From Eledone cirrhosa (taxonomy: Eukaryota): a stretch of DNA of 64,000 nucleotides. Under the pieces are notes generated by a model. That model made no database searches. It was not told the DNA's origin and saw only the letters and a list, made by a program, of their open reading frames with translations. Each line of letters begins with the position of its first letter. Positions within the stretch are counted from its first letter, which is position 1. The stretch lies in assembly GCA_964016885.1 (NCBI GenBank), contig OZ024752.1:4774001-4838000 (forward strand), given 5' to 3'. Shown one piece after another: positions 26,330 through 41,419 of the stretch. Position numbers and translations under genes: made by a program.

Positions 26330-29300
26330 ATGCATACACATATGCATATATACATACACACATGCATTTATACATACACACATGCATTTATACATACACA
26401 CATGCATTTATACATACATACACATGCGTATATACATACATACACACATGCATTTATACATACATACATACATATGCGTATATACATACATACACACATG
26501 CATTTATACATACATACACACATGCGTTTATACATACATATACACATGCATTTATACATACATACACATATGCGTATATACCTACATACACACATGCATT
26601 TATACATACATACACATGCATATATACCTACATACACACATGCGTATATACCTACATACACACATGCATATATACCTACATACACACATGCATTTATATA
26701 CATACACACATGCATTTATACATACATACACATGCATATATACATACATACACACATGCGTTTATACATACATACACACATGCATATATACATACATACA
26801 CACATGCATTTATACATACATACACACATGCGTATATACCTACATACAAACATGCATATATACATACATACACACATGCGTATATACATACATACACACA
26901 TGCATTTATACATACATACACACATGCGTATATACATACATACACACATGCATTTATACATACATACACACATGCGTATATACATACATACACACATGCA
27001 TATATATACATACATACACACATGCGTATATACATACATACACACATGCATATATACATACATACACACATGCGTATATACATACATACACACATGCATT
27101 TATACATACATACACACATGCATATATACCTACATACACACATGCATATATACCTACATACACACATGCATATATACCTACATACACACATGCGTATATA
27201 CATACATACACACATGCATATATACCTACATACACACATGCGTATATACATACATACACATATGCGTATATAGATACATACACACATGCGTATATACATA
27301 CATACACACATGCATATATACATACATACACACATGCGTATATACCTACATACACACATGCATATATACCTACATACACACATGCATATATACATACATA
27401 CACACATGCGTATATACATACATACACATATGCGTATATACCTACATACACACATGCATTTATACATACATACACACATGCATTTATACATACATACACA
27501 CATGCATTTATACATACATACACACATGCATTTATACATACATACACACATGCGTATATACATACATACACACATGCGTATATACCTACATACACACATG
27601 CATTTATACATACATACACATATGCATATATACCTACATACACACATGCATATATACATACATACACACATGCGTATATACATACATACACACATGCGTA
27701 TATACATACATACACACATGCATATATACCTACATACACACATGCATTTATACATACATACACACATGCATTTATACATACATACACATGCATATATACA
27801 TACATACACACATGCGTATATACATACATACACACATGCATATATACCTACATACACACATGCATATATATACATACATACACACATGCATATATACCTA
27901 CATACACACATGCATTTATACATACATACACACATGCGTATATACATACATACACACATGCGTATATACATACATACACACATGCATATATACATACATA
28001 CACACATGCATATATACATACATACACACATGCGTATATACATACATACACACATGCATATATACATACATACACACATGCGTATATACATACATACACA
28101 CATGCATATATACCTACATACACACATGCGTATATACATACATACACACATGCGTATATACATACATACACACATGCATATATACATACATACACACATG
28201 CGTATATACATACATACACACATGCGTATATACCTACATACACACATGCATATATACCTACATACACACATGCGTATATACCTACATACACACATGCGTA
28301 TATACATACATACACACATGCGTATATACATACATACACACATGCATATATACATACATACACACATGCGTATATACCTACATACACACATGCATATATA
28401 CCTATATACACACATGCATATATACATACATACACACATGCGTATATACATACATACACATATGCGTATATACCTACATACACACATGCATTTATACATA
28501 CATACACACATGCATTTATACATACATACACACATGCATTTATACATACATACACACATGCATTTATACATACATACACACATGCGTATATACATACATA
28601 CACACATGCATTTATACCTACATACACACATGCGTATATACATACATACACACATGCGTATATATATACACACATGCGTATATACATACATACACACATG
28701 CGTATATACCTACATACACACATGCGTATATACATACATACACACATGCGTATATATATACACACATGCGTATATACATACACACATGCATATATACCTA
28801 CATACACACATGCGTATATACATACATACACACATGGATATATACCTACATACACACATGCGTATATACATACATACACACATGCGTATATACCTACATA
28901 CACACATGCATATATATACATACATACACACATGCATATATACCTACATACACACATGCGTATATACATACATACACACATGCATGTATACACACATACA
29001 CACATGCATATATATACATACACACATGCATTTATACATACATACACATGCGTATATACCTACATACACACATGCGTATATACATACATACACACATGCA
29101 TTTATACATACATACACACATGCGTATATACATACATACACACATGCATATATATACATACACACATGCATTTATACATACATACACACATGCGTATATA
29201 CCTACATACACACATGCGTATATACCTACATACACACATGCATGTATACATACATACACACATGCATTTATACCTACATACACACATGCGTATATACATA

Positions 29301-31690
29301 CATACAAACATGCGTTTATACATACATACACACATGCGTATATACCTACATACACACATGCGTATATACCTACATACACACATGCATATATACCTACATA
29401 CACACATGCGTATATATACATACACACATGCGTATATACCTACATACACACATGCGTTTATACATACATACACACATGCATTTATACATACATACACACA
29501 TGCATATATACCTACATACACACATGCATATATACCTACATACACACATGCGTATATACCTACATACACACACGCATATATACCTACATACGCATGTGTG
29601 TATGTATGTATATACATACACACATGCGTATATACATACATACACACTTGCATATATACCTACATACACACATGCGTTTATACATACATACACATGCATA
29701 TATACATACATACACATGCATATATACATACATACACACATGCGTTTATACATACATACACATGCATATATACATACATACACATGCATATATACATACA
29801 TACACATATGCATATACATACATACACACATGCGTATATACATACATACACACATGCATTTATACATACATACACACATGCATTTATACATACATACACA
29901 CATGCATATATACCTACATACACACATGCATATATACATACATACACACATGCATATATACCTACATACACACATGCATTTATACATACATACACACATG
30001 CATTTATACATACATACACACATGCATTTATACATACATACACACATGCATTTATACATACATACACACATGCATATATACCTACATACACACATCCATA
30101 TATACATACATACACACATGCATATATACCTACATACACACATGCATTTATACATACATACACACATGCATATATACATACATACACACATGCGTATATA
30201 CATACATACACACATGCGTATATACATACATACACACATGCATTTACACATGCATTTATACATACATACACACATGCATATACATACATACACACATGCG
30301 TATATACATACATACACACATGCGTTTATACATACATACACACATGCATTTATACATACATACACACATGCATATACATACATACACACATGCGTATATA
30401 CATACATACACACATGCGTATATACATACATACACACATGCGTATATACATACATACACACATGCGTATATACATACATACACACATGCATATATACATA
30501 CATACACACATGCATATATACATACATACACACATGCGTATATACATACATACACACATGCATATATACCTACATACACACATGCGTATATACATACATA
30601 CACACATGCATATATACCTACATACACACATGCGTATATACATACATACACACATGCGTATATACCTACATACATACATGCATATATACCTACATACACA
30701 CATGCATATATACATACATACACACATGCATTTATACATACATACACACATGCATTTATACATACATACACACATGCATATATACATACATACACACATG
30801 CATATATACCTACATACACACATGCATATATACATACATACACACATGCATATATACCTACATACACACATGCATTTATACATACATACACACATGCATT
30901 TATACATACATACACACATGCGTATATACATACATACACACATGCGTATATACATACATACACACATGCATTTATACATACATACACATGCATATATACA
31001 TACATACACATGCATATATACATACATACACATATGCATATACATACATACACACATGCATTTATACATACATACACACATGCATTTATACATACATACA
31101 CACATGCATATACATACATACACACATGCATTTATACATACATACACATGCATATATACATACATACACATATGCATATACATACATACACACATGCATA
31201 TATACCTACATACACACATGCATATATACATACATACACACATGCATTTATACATACATACACACATGCATATATACCTACATACACACATGCGTATATA
31301 CATACATACACACATGCATATATACATACATACACACATACATATATACATACATACACACATACATATATATACCTACATACACACATGCGTATATACA
31401 TACATACACACATGCATATATACATACATACACACATGCATTTATACATACATACACACATGCATATACATACATACACACATGCGTATATACATACATA
31501 CACACATGCATTTATACATACATACACACATGCGTATATACATACATACACACATGCATATATACATACATACACACATGCATATATACCTACATACACA
31601 CATGCATTTATACATACATACACACATGCATTTATACATACATACACACATGCGTATATACATACATACACACATGCATATATATACCTA
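26330..31690. repeat. 5.3-kb 24-bp satellite (CATACATACACACATGCRTWTATA)
   Basis: Directly visible, with 22-bp slippage variants; explains the 1500-1860 aa ORFs. Confidence 0.97.
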
Positions 31691-31694
31691 CATT

Positions 31695-31994
31695 CAGGGG
31701 CGAATGGTGCATGTGTTATAGAATCTTGAGTTGCTCAATTGCGTTGGTTGAAGCCAGCAGAATTCTGGCTGCTTACTAAATCGTAGACACATAAAAAGAT
31801 AACACAGACACACACACACACACACGCACACACGCACACACGCACACACTAGCTAACACTACATGCGACTCTGACCGGGAGGATCATTTAGAGGGAATTG
31901 GGGGGGGGGGGGGGGGGTTAAGGCTGTACAGCCCCACTTTCCGCCATGGCGATTGGACTGCATGCCCTGCTTTCAAGGTTACCCTTCGCCACTG
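31695..31994. mobile_element. hAT-like MITE
   Basis: TIR CAGGGGCGAATGGT / ACCCTTCGCCACTG (12/14); 8-bp TSD CCTACATT / CATACATT. Confidence 0.75.
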
Positions 31995-32045
31995 CATACA
32001 TTAACACATACAGATATACATACATATATATACATACACACACAT

Positions 32046-32822
32046 GCGTATAGTAACCAGAGTAAGAGCGGGATGGAAGAAGTTCTGGGACCAACTGCCA
32101 CTGTTAGCTACAAAAGGTTTTTCCCTCAAAATGAAAGGCAGACTGTATGATGTGTGTATACGAACAGCAATGTTACATGGTAGTGAGACCTGGGCATTGT
32201 GTGCAGAAGACTTGCGTAGATTAGAAATGCTCCGATGGATGTGTAATAGTAATATACACAAATGGCAAAGCATAAACAAATTGAGAGAGAGACTGAGCGT
32301 AAGAGGAATCAAATGCTGTGTGCAGGAGAGGAGGTTACGTTGGTATGGACATGTGTTGCGTATGAAGGATGACAGCTCCATAAAAAGGTGCAGAACACTA
32401 AAAGTCATTGGAAGCCGTGGACTGGGGAGACCCAAGAAGACCTGGGATGAGGTGATAAAAGCTGACCTTACTCAATTGCACCTCTCAAGGGCAATGACAC
32501 ACGACCGTGACCTCTGGCGTCACGCAATAATACAAAAGACCCAACTCCCCAAGGGTACAAGCTGAAGCCGAAGCATATAGACTATATGCACCCAGCCCCT
32601 CCCACTGAAAAGTGGTCGTGGAGGTGCCACAGCAAAAAAAGCACCCAGCACTCACTGTAAATGAGGTTGGTGTTAGGAAGGGCATCCAGCTGTAGAAATC
32701 TAGCCAAATCAGTTCCCATATGAACAAGACTAGGTCAGCCAACCAGGCATTGCCCACAACAGGACAACCCGTCTAACCCATGCTAGCGTGGAAGAATAGA
32801 CATAAAACGGTGATGATGATGA
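32046..32822 (+). mobile_element. RTE LINE 3' end
   Basis: ORF 32044-32565 [31 protein letters not shown]; UTR and (GAT)n tail. Confidence 0.93.
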
Positions 32823-34509
32823 TATACATACATACACCTAACTACTTACCTTCATATATATATAGATATGTACGTGTTACATGCTGTGAATTTGGTAAAC
32901 GTATCCTTTTAGCATACATCTTTATTTCTATGTGTGCTTGCATACAACACGCACGTGTTTATTTGATGAGGATGATGATGGTGGTGGTGGTGGTGGTGAT
33001 GATGGCGGTAGGATAAAGTAAAATTTATCTACATCACAGCAAGCAGCACCATCGCCAATCACAGCTGCCAATATGAGATATTTGATGAAATGTCACTCAG
33101 ACATTTGGTTTGATGTCTTATCTGATACCAGTTCTCTACTTTTATCAATAATTTCAATACTTATATCAATAAGATAATATTCTTTCTCTCTTTTCTCTTG
33201 TCATTCTCCGCCGTCATCATCATCATCATCATCATCATTGTGTTCATCATCATCGTCATCATCATCATCATCATCATTGTGTTCATCATCATCGTCATCA
33301 TCAATGACAATCCCTCTAGTTCCATCTCTTTTAATATCTCATACTCACAGCTTACTTTAATTTCTTATATTCGGAGACTGCTTTCTGATATCTTTATCAT
33401 CATCACCACCATCAGCAGCAGCATCATCACCACCACCACCGTCATCATTACCATTACCATCATCGCCATCACCATCATCATCAATATAACTAATATATTT
33501 TTCATTATTTATATATATATATATATATATATATTTACTTTATATTTTTCATACATCAAGGCAAGTAGTGTAACAGAGTCATTCAAGCATCAGATAGATG
33601 GCGTTGCACTTTGGTGGCATTTCTTTTGTCTCTCAACATTCAGAGTTCAAACACTGCTGAGGCTGTGATAATTTTTTTCATCGTTTTAGCTGGGTTTTTC
33701 TGGTTGGATGCTCTTCCAATCACCAACCACTTTATAGCATGAACCGTGCCATCAGGACTAAAGAAGTTATCTGTATTCGTTTTCATTCACAGCCACTGCT
33801 CTCCTTGATGGGTTGTCTTTGATACAACTTACGGAGCCTATATCTATCTTATGTAGTCTTATTTATTAATACTAACCACCCACCTAGATAAGCTGCCACC
33901 TCCTTGTTTTCTGGTGTACCTCATACAGTTTTACATATTTGGAGTTATTTTTCTCCCAGACAGATTGTCTTCCCTCCCCTTGTCTTCCCCAGAAATTGTT
34001 CTGTTCTTCACCCTATCCTTGTGTGTCACAAAAGCCAGGTTTATCCCAGTTTTTAGAATAGTACACCATATCCTTGTCTGTCATAAATTGAAGATTATCC
34101 CAGTTTTCAGAATAAGTATACCCTATCCTTGTGTGTCATAATAGGTGACTAAAAGAGTTGGTCTCAGGAAGGCTGAATGGCTATAAAACATTGTCTCCAA
34201 ACATACCATCCAACCCATGCCAGTATGGAAAAGTGGACATAAAAACTATTTTGGTAAATCTTTTAGGAGTGTATCTACAATCTATGGTAAAGTCTTTCAT
34301 TGATTACCTTTATATTTAATTGCTTTCACAAATCAGGAACCACAAGCTGTTGCTGTTTCCATTCCTATTTCCATCTACAGGAATATATAATACAATGGTA
34401 TCAATGTGAAACACTATCTTAAAGATAGCACGTTTGCACTAATATATGAATACATACACGCATATATATATATATACATATATAGATAAACACATATTTC
34501 ACACACATG

Positions 34510-34545
<36 letters not shown>

Positions 34546-35069
34546 CAAATATATGCATATATATACATACACACACATATATGTATACATACATATTTAT
34601 ATATACATATATATATGTAAATACATATCACTTTCTTTGTTTTCCCCTTTTGGCTTTGCGTTTTATTTTCTCTTTTACTCTTATTCACTGCCTCTGTCAT
34701 AATGTGTTCTTGTAATATTCCCCATCATCATCATCATATTGTTGTTGTCACCATTTCTATCTGTTGTTGTTTGTTATCAATCTTCAACTATAACTTACTA
34801 CTTCCTCTTTTCTCCTGCTTCCACCATTGATTTTCTTCACCATTGATTTTCTACCACTTTTAGACTATAACATCACTTCTTTCACATATTTACTCTTTCA
34901 TTTCTTCTTCTTCTTCTTCTTCATCTCCTCCTCCTAGGCACAGACATTCCTTGATTTATGCCCTTTAGTTTCTTAAGACCCCTTGACCAACCACCTACTT
35001 TCCCTACTTAAAAAAAAAAAACAAACAAAACCATAAACTTCCTCTCCAACACCACCCTGTTCAACATAC

Positions 35070-35262
35070 ACTTCCATCTGGAATTAAATACTGACCACCA
35101 TACATCATAATTGCCATTATACTGTATGATTCCAACCCTCTCATTTGAATCAATTTATTCCTTCTCTCCATAGAATAACTACAATAAAATCTGCTGAATG
35201 CTTCCCAATTTTCATAGTTCCAATAAGCCATAGAGCCCCATGAAATTTCAACTTGGAAATCA
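35070..35262 (-). CDS. Candidate internal coding exon DFQVEISWGSMAYWNYENWEAFSRFYCSYSMERRNKLIQMRGLESYSIMAIMMYGGQYLIPDGS
   Basis: Acceptor taattttattggcag|, donor AGT|gtatgt (alternative GTG|gtcagt); 193 nt open, complex non-TE peptide. Confidence 0.6.
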
Positions 35263-35482
35263 CTGCCAATAAAATTACAATAAATATATGTATATGGATA
35301 TATCATAACCATTATCATTGTCATTACCATCATTATCAACCTTATCATTATTATCATCAGCAGCAGCTTCATTCTCATCATCATCTTCATCATTATTTAT
35401 AGAACCTGAATTTTTAGATGATGGAAAGGAAAGGCATGTTCTGTAAAAATCCCATGAATCCCATCAAGTGACCTGTTATACC

Positions 35483-36180
35483 TTCTTCTTTTTTCTTTTT
35501 CTTTTTCGTTTTCTTTTTCTTTTTCTTTTTCTTTTTCTTTTTCTTTTCCTTTTTCTTTTTCTTTTTCTTTTTCTTCTTCTCCTTCTTCTCCTCCTCCTCC
35601 TTCTTCTCCTTCTTCTCCTTCTTCTCCTTCTCCCTCTCCTCCTCCTCCTTCTTCTTCTTCTTCTTCTTCTTCTTCTTCTTCTTCTTCTTCTTCTTCTTCT
35701 TCTTCTTCTTGTAGGGGCAGACTCCTCAAGCTGTCCAACGATTCTTTCCTGAGACACTCTAATCACATGTCCATAGTAACAGTGCTGTGGTCTCTCAATT
35801 TGGAGAAGCAAGTGGCTCTACCTGGTGTTACTGTCTCATCTCCCCACTATATCCAGTAATGTTACTCCAAAGACTCTTCAGAAGAATCCCAGTTTTGGCT
35901 ACTTGTATTCACGATCGTATTCTTTCGGTCATTATTCAAGATTCATGAAGGGCGGTGAATTGGCAGTATCGGTAGAGGGTCGGGCATGCTTTCCAGCATA
36001 GTTACGTCCCTTTACGATCTGAGTTCAAATCCTGTTGAGGTTAACTTTGCCTTTCATCCTTACAGCGTCGATAAAATAAAGTACCAGTAATGTACTGGGT
36101 AATTGCTGGCCTTGTGCCTAAAATAGAAACAATTATTCAAGATTCATGATCATAGGTAAGGGTTGGCACAAAAACTGAAA
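35483..36180 (-). mobile_element. RTE-like LINE 3' end with expanded (GAA/GAAAAA)n tail, interrupted by a SINE
   Basis: LLQIERPQHCYYGHVIRVSQERI; homologous to 5293-5660. Confidence 0.75.
35949..36131 (+). mobile_element. SINE family A with 18-bp TSD
   Basis: TSD ATTATTCAAGATTCATGA at 35931-35948 and 36132-36149. Confidence 0.92.
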
Positions 36181-36582
36181 TGAAGACCTACCTCCCTTCT
36201 GATTACCGAATGCTGAAGCTGGGGCATTACTGCAGTAGCCCTTACACTTTCTCTCTAAAATTGTATATAATAACTATTTTCATCATAATCATCATTTGAC
36301 ATCTACTTTCCTTGCTGGCTTAGGTTATATTGTGTTGATTGTTATCTCACCTGCTGCTCTAGTTAGGTCAGAGAGCCATTTCTTGCTCATGCAGTCCTTT
36401 TTCTGCATGGTTTCTACAGCAAGTTTCTTAGCCCACTAACCATGTCTGTCTGTACATGTATGTAAGCGATATTTGTGTCTATATACATTTATATATATGT
36501 GGTAAGAAACTCACAGGAGAGCTGGACAGCAGAAGGTCTTTAGAGAAGAAAACCTCCTCGAGCGAGTCTTTATGTATGTGAA

Positions 36583-36915
36583 GATGCATGGCTTTGTGAT
36601 TAAAGCATTCGGCTCACAATCGTAAAGTTGTGAGCTTGATTTCCGGCAACATGCTATGTTCTTGAGCAAGACACTTTATTTTACATTGCTCCAGTCCACT
36701 CAGCTGGCAATGTTATAATGCACCCAGTACACTCTGTAAAGTGGTTGGTGAAAGGAAGGACATCCAGCTGTAGAAATCATGTCAGAATCAGAATATGTGA
36801 GATGTGATCCCCACACTGCCTGTGTGAGAGGAGGACAGTAGCTCAGATTAAGCCCTGACTTGGTCTGTGTTGACCCATACTGGCAGGAATAAAACTGTTA
36901 AATGATGTTGATGAT
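36583..36915 (+). mobile_element. Old SINE family B-like copy
   Basis: CTTGAGCAAGACACTTTATTTTACATTGCTCCAGTCCACTCAGCTG plus RTE-type tail. Confidence 0.7.
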
Positions 36916-37479
36916 GTCAATAGATAGAAAAAATGCTTCCCGAATTCCGCCAACATTACACACGATATTCTCCCTCCATACATGTGTGAATATATATTAT
37001 GACTCTTACACTGTTCACTTTTCTGACACGTGCACATTATTCTATATGCACCTTTGATGAGTTGTAGTGCACCTGAGCACTGTACACAATAATTTTCATT
37101 TCAAAATTCTTATTTTTCTAAATATAAAACAAAAATCAAGTTAGAAAGAAATGACAACAAAATGTGCTGCAAAATTGAATATTGGGAAAAAATATATATT
37201 ATGGAAAGAGTTCTTGTCATAAAAATAAAAATATTTTCAACCAGCAATATGTCTATCAACACAAACATCAGCTACATTACGACAAGTGTTCTCATAATCA
37301 CTACTGAACCACCTACATCGCCACCCCCACTACATGATCACCACCACCAATATTTCCACTGCCATCTCCACCGCCATCTCCTGCTCAACCACCACCTCCA
37401 TCTCCAGCTCAACCACCACCTCCATCTCCAGCTCAACCACCACCTCCATCTCCACCATCTATGAACATGATCACCACTA

Positions 37480-38885
37480 CCACCTCCATCTTAAGCACCA
37501 TGGACTCTACCACCTCCATCTTCACCACCACCACTACCACCACCTCAGCCACTCCCACGGCCACTACCACCTCCATCTCAAGCACCACGGACTCTACCAC
37601 TTCCATCTCCACCTCCATCTTCACCACCACCTCAGCCACTCTCACCGCCACTACCACCTCCATCATCACTACCACTACCACCTCCATCTTCACCACCACC
37701 TCAGCCACTGCCACCACCACCTCAGCCACTGCCACTAGCACCTCCATCTTCACCACCACCTCAGCCACTGCCACTACCACCTCCATCTTCACCACCACCT
37801 CAGCCACTGCCACTACCACCTCCATCTTCACCACCACCTCAGCCACTGCCACTACCACCTCCATCTTCACAACCACCTCAGCCACTGCCACTACCACCTC
37901 CATCTTCACCACCACCTCAGCCACTGCCACTACCACCTCCATCTTCACCACCACCTCAGCCACTGCCACTACCACCTCCATCTTCACCACCACCTCAGCC
38001 ACTGCCACTACCACCTCCATCTTCACCACCACCTCAGCCACTGCCACTAGCACCTCCATCTTCACCACCACCTCAGCCACTGCCACTACCACCTCCATCT
38101 TCACAACCACCTCAGCCACTGCCACTACCACCTCCATCTTCACCACCACCTCAGCCACTGCCACTACCACCTCCATCTTCACAACCACCTCAGCCACTGC
38201 CACTAGCACCTCCATCTTCACAACCACCTCAGCCACTGCCACCTCCATCTTCACCACCACCTCAGCCACTGCCACTACCACCTCCATCTTCACAACCACC
38301 TCAGCCACTGCCACTACCACCTCCATCTTCACCACCACCTCAGCCACTGCCACTACCACCTCCATCTTCACCACCACCTCAGCCACTGCCACTACCACCT
38401 CCATCTTCACCACCACCTCAGCCACTGCCACTACCACCTCCATCTTCACCACCACCTCAGCCACTGCCACTAGCACCTCCATCTTCACCACCACCTCAGC
38501 CACTGCCACTACCACCTCCATCTTCACAACCACCTCAGCCACTGCCACTACCACCTCCATCTTCACCACCACCTCAGCCACTGCCACTACCACCTCCATC
38601 TTCACAACCACCTCAGCCACTGCCACTAGCACCTCCATCTTCACAACCACCTCAGCCACTGCCACTACCACCTCCATCTTCACAACCACCTCAGCCACTG
38701 CCACTACCACCTCCATCTTCACCACCACCTCAGCCACTGCCACTACCACCTCCATCTTCACAACCACCTCAGCCACTGCCACTAGCACCTCCATCTTCAC
38801 CACCACCTCAGCCACTGCCACTACCACCTCCATCTTCACAACCACCTCAGCCACTGCCACTACCACCTCCATCTTCACCACTACA
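37480..38885. repeat. 39-bp minisatellite
   Basis: Unit CACCTCCATCTTCACCACCACCTCAGCCACTGCCACTAC, about 30 copies. Confidence 0.95.
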
Positions 38886-39066
38886 ACCTCCACAAGCATC
38901 ATTGCCAACATTTCTTTGCCCCTCTTATTTTTCAACTCTCTCTCTCCCCCCCCCCCCCATCACCCCACCCCTGCCCACGTTTTTTGACAGTCCACTAAAC
39001 ATGCCATGCAAATACAAGACATCAATTTCCTAGAAGTTCCGACAATACATATATGTGTATATATAT

Positions 39067-39097
<31 letters not shown>

Positions 39098-39147
39098 CAT
39101 ACCTACATGTATATATGTATATGTATGTATATATATGTACGTTTATA

Positions 39148-39192
<45 letters not shown>

Positions 39193-39315
39193 ATATTTAT
39201 ATATATATGTATATGTATGTGTATATATATATGTATATGTATATATATATATGTATATGTATGTGTATATATATATATGTATATATATATGTGTATATAT
39301 ATATATATGTATATG

Positions 39316-39346
<31 letters not shown>

Positions 39347-39493
39347 GTATATATATATATATGTATATATATATGTATGAGTATGTATATATATATCATC
39401 ATCATCATCATCATCATTATCACTGTTTTACGTCCGTTCTTCCACGCTAGCATGGGTTATATATATATATGTACGTGTATATATATGTATGTG

Positions 39494-39526
<33 letters not shown>

Positions 39527-39570
39527 GTACATGTATATATTTGTATATACACACACATACACACACAAAA

Positions 39571-39604
<34 letters not shown>

Positions 39605-39647
39605 TAGAAAGAGATTTATTTGGTGAAGACTGGGGGTGAGAGGTCAC

Positions 39648-39774
39648 CATTTTTGTGAAACCATTTAGTTGGTGCTTCATTATGTATTCAGCGTCTGTGC
39701 TGTACACACTCAACATTCTGTCATGTTGAATTGTGAGTAAGTTGAAAGATTGCAGAGATTGCTGGACAGTTTGC
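39648..39774 (-). CDS. Weak candidate exon QTVQQSLQSFNLLTIQHDRMLSVYSTDAEYIMKHQLNGFTKM
   Basis: Unique open island between microsatellites; acceptor ctactttgtgaaag|, weak donor ATG|gtgacc. Confidence 0.25.
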
Positions 39775-41419
39775 CTTTCACAAAGTAGATGAAGAATAAG
39801 CAGCAGTAGCACTACAGCAGTAGCAGCAACTACAACAACTATAACAACAGTAACAGCAACAGCAGTAGCAACTACTACAACGATAGCAACAACAATAGCA
39901 ACTACTACAACAACTATAACAACAGTAACAGCAACTCTAATAGCAATAGCAATAACAGCAACAACAATAGCAACTACTACAACAACAATAACAACAGTAA
40001 CAGCAACTACAACAACAATAGCAACTACAACAACACAACAGCAACAAAAAACAGCAGCAGCAGCCACCACAACAACAATAATAATAAAAGCATCTACAAA
40101 CAACAACAATAACAACACCACCACTAGCAGCAACAGCCACGGCAGCAGCAGCAGCAACAGCAGCAACAACTACAACAATAACAACAACAATATTGACAAC
40201 AACATTGTAGTAAGCAATTGCACTACTTTACCGCGGCGGAACAATTGGGTTATGCTTGGTGAGTCGCCAGGCTGGTAAGTCGGTGGCGTAGAAATACCTA
40301 GCAGTGACTTCTGCCCAGCAAGGGAATTCACGCCTTTTTTTCACTTCTAGGGAGTTTCAGCTTCATTTTCGTAGAGACAAGACGTTGCTAATGGTGTTCC
40401 CAGGAGCAACTGGCAAGATGAAACATTTACCAAGGGACTTTGGTAAATGTTTCATCTTGCTAGAATGTGATAGTGAGGATGAGGACGGCGATGATGATGA
40501 TAATATTGATGATGTTGATGGATGATGATAACTGCGATGATGATGAGGATGACTATAACGATGATAACAATGATGATGATGATAAATATGATGACTTTCT
40601 CCCTCCTACTTTTGTGGTGTGATGGAGAAAGTCAGTTAAATCTACCCGCAATACTTTCCTAATACTTTATCCATTCCGGAAGAATGAATAGTAAAGTTGA
40701 ACTCTGCAAGTTTTGAACTCAGTTATAATTGTTTCATTTAGTTTCATGAAGAGTCAGTAGAAATACCATAAGGCATTTTGTCAAACACTCAAGTGATTGT
40801 GTTAACCCAAATAACTGTTTTTAACAGACACAAGGCTAGACTTTTGAGAGGAAGGAGCTTGTCAATTATATCAACACGAATACATAACTGGTATACTATT
40901 GATACCTTCCACCCCGAGGAAGCAATGGTATCTTATGATCTTCTTCTTATCAAGTCACTACACCACACACCCCTCTAGTGTTGCACACAGAGCCTTGCCT
41001 GGGGTGTTAAGGTTTGAAGGTCGTTAAATGTGCTTGAATCTTCAAGATTGGGGTAAACTAGAAGATGCTCCATAATTTGTAATTGCCCGCATTAGCAGTT
41101 GTAATCTTTGTATGTGGCATATCTCCATTTCTAAAGGTTGGCTCCTCAGGGCTGCAGTTAATTATATCATTTATCGTTCTGGAGGCTGCTGGCGCATTCA
41201 TGCACTGAGAATAATCTCCCCTTGTAGCTCCAGGCGCATTTAGTCGCCCTGGATACCCTTAGCAAATAAATATTATGTCAAAGGTTATTTCTGGTGTTTT
41301 AAACTGGTAACAACATACTTTCTATTCAGAACGAGGTTAAACTTTCATTTTTCAATGCCATTTTTAATTTTTCTTCGTGTGTGTAAACAATTGTAAATGA
41401 AAAAGTTTGATTTTTAAAA

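Noticed and set aside
26139-31779. 1500-1860 aa HTYTHAYI ORFs
   Set aside because: 24-bp satellite lacking stop codons in all three plus frames
34308-34374. Minus-strand segment with good acceptor (ttcctgtag) and donor (AAG|gtaatc)
   Set aside because: Stop codons in all three frames; could only be non-coding or terminal
37433-38987. Mucin-like Thr/Ser-rich ORF
   Set aside because: 39-bp minisatellite open on both strands; no signal peptide or convincing splice sites
41020-41155. Possible exon on minus strand
   Set aside because: Translation KWRY..C*CGQLQIMEHLLVYP..DL fits a decayed LINE C-terminal zinc knuckle
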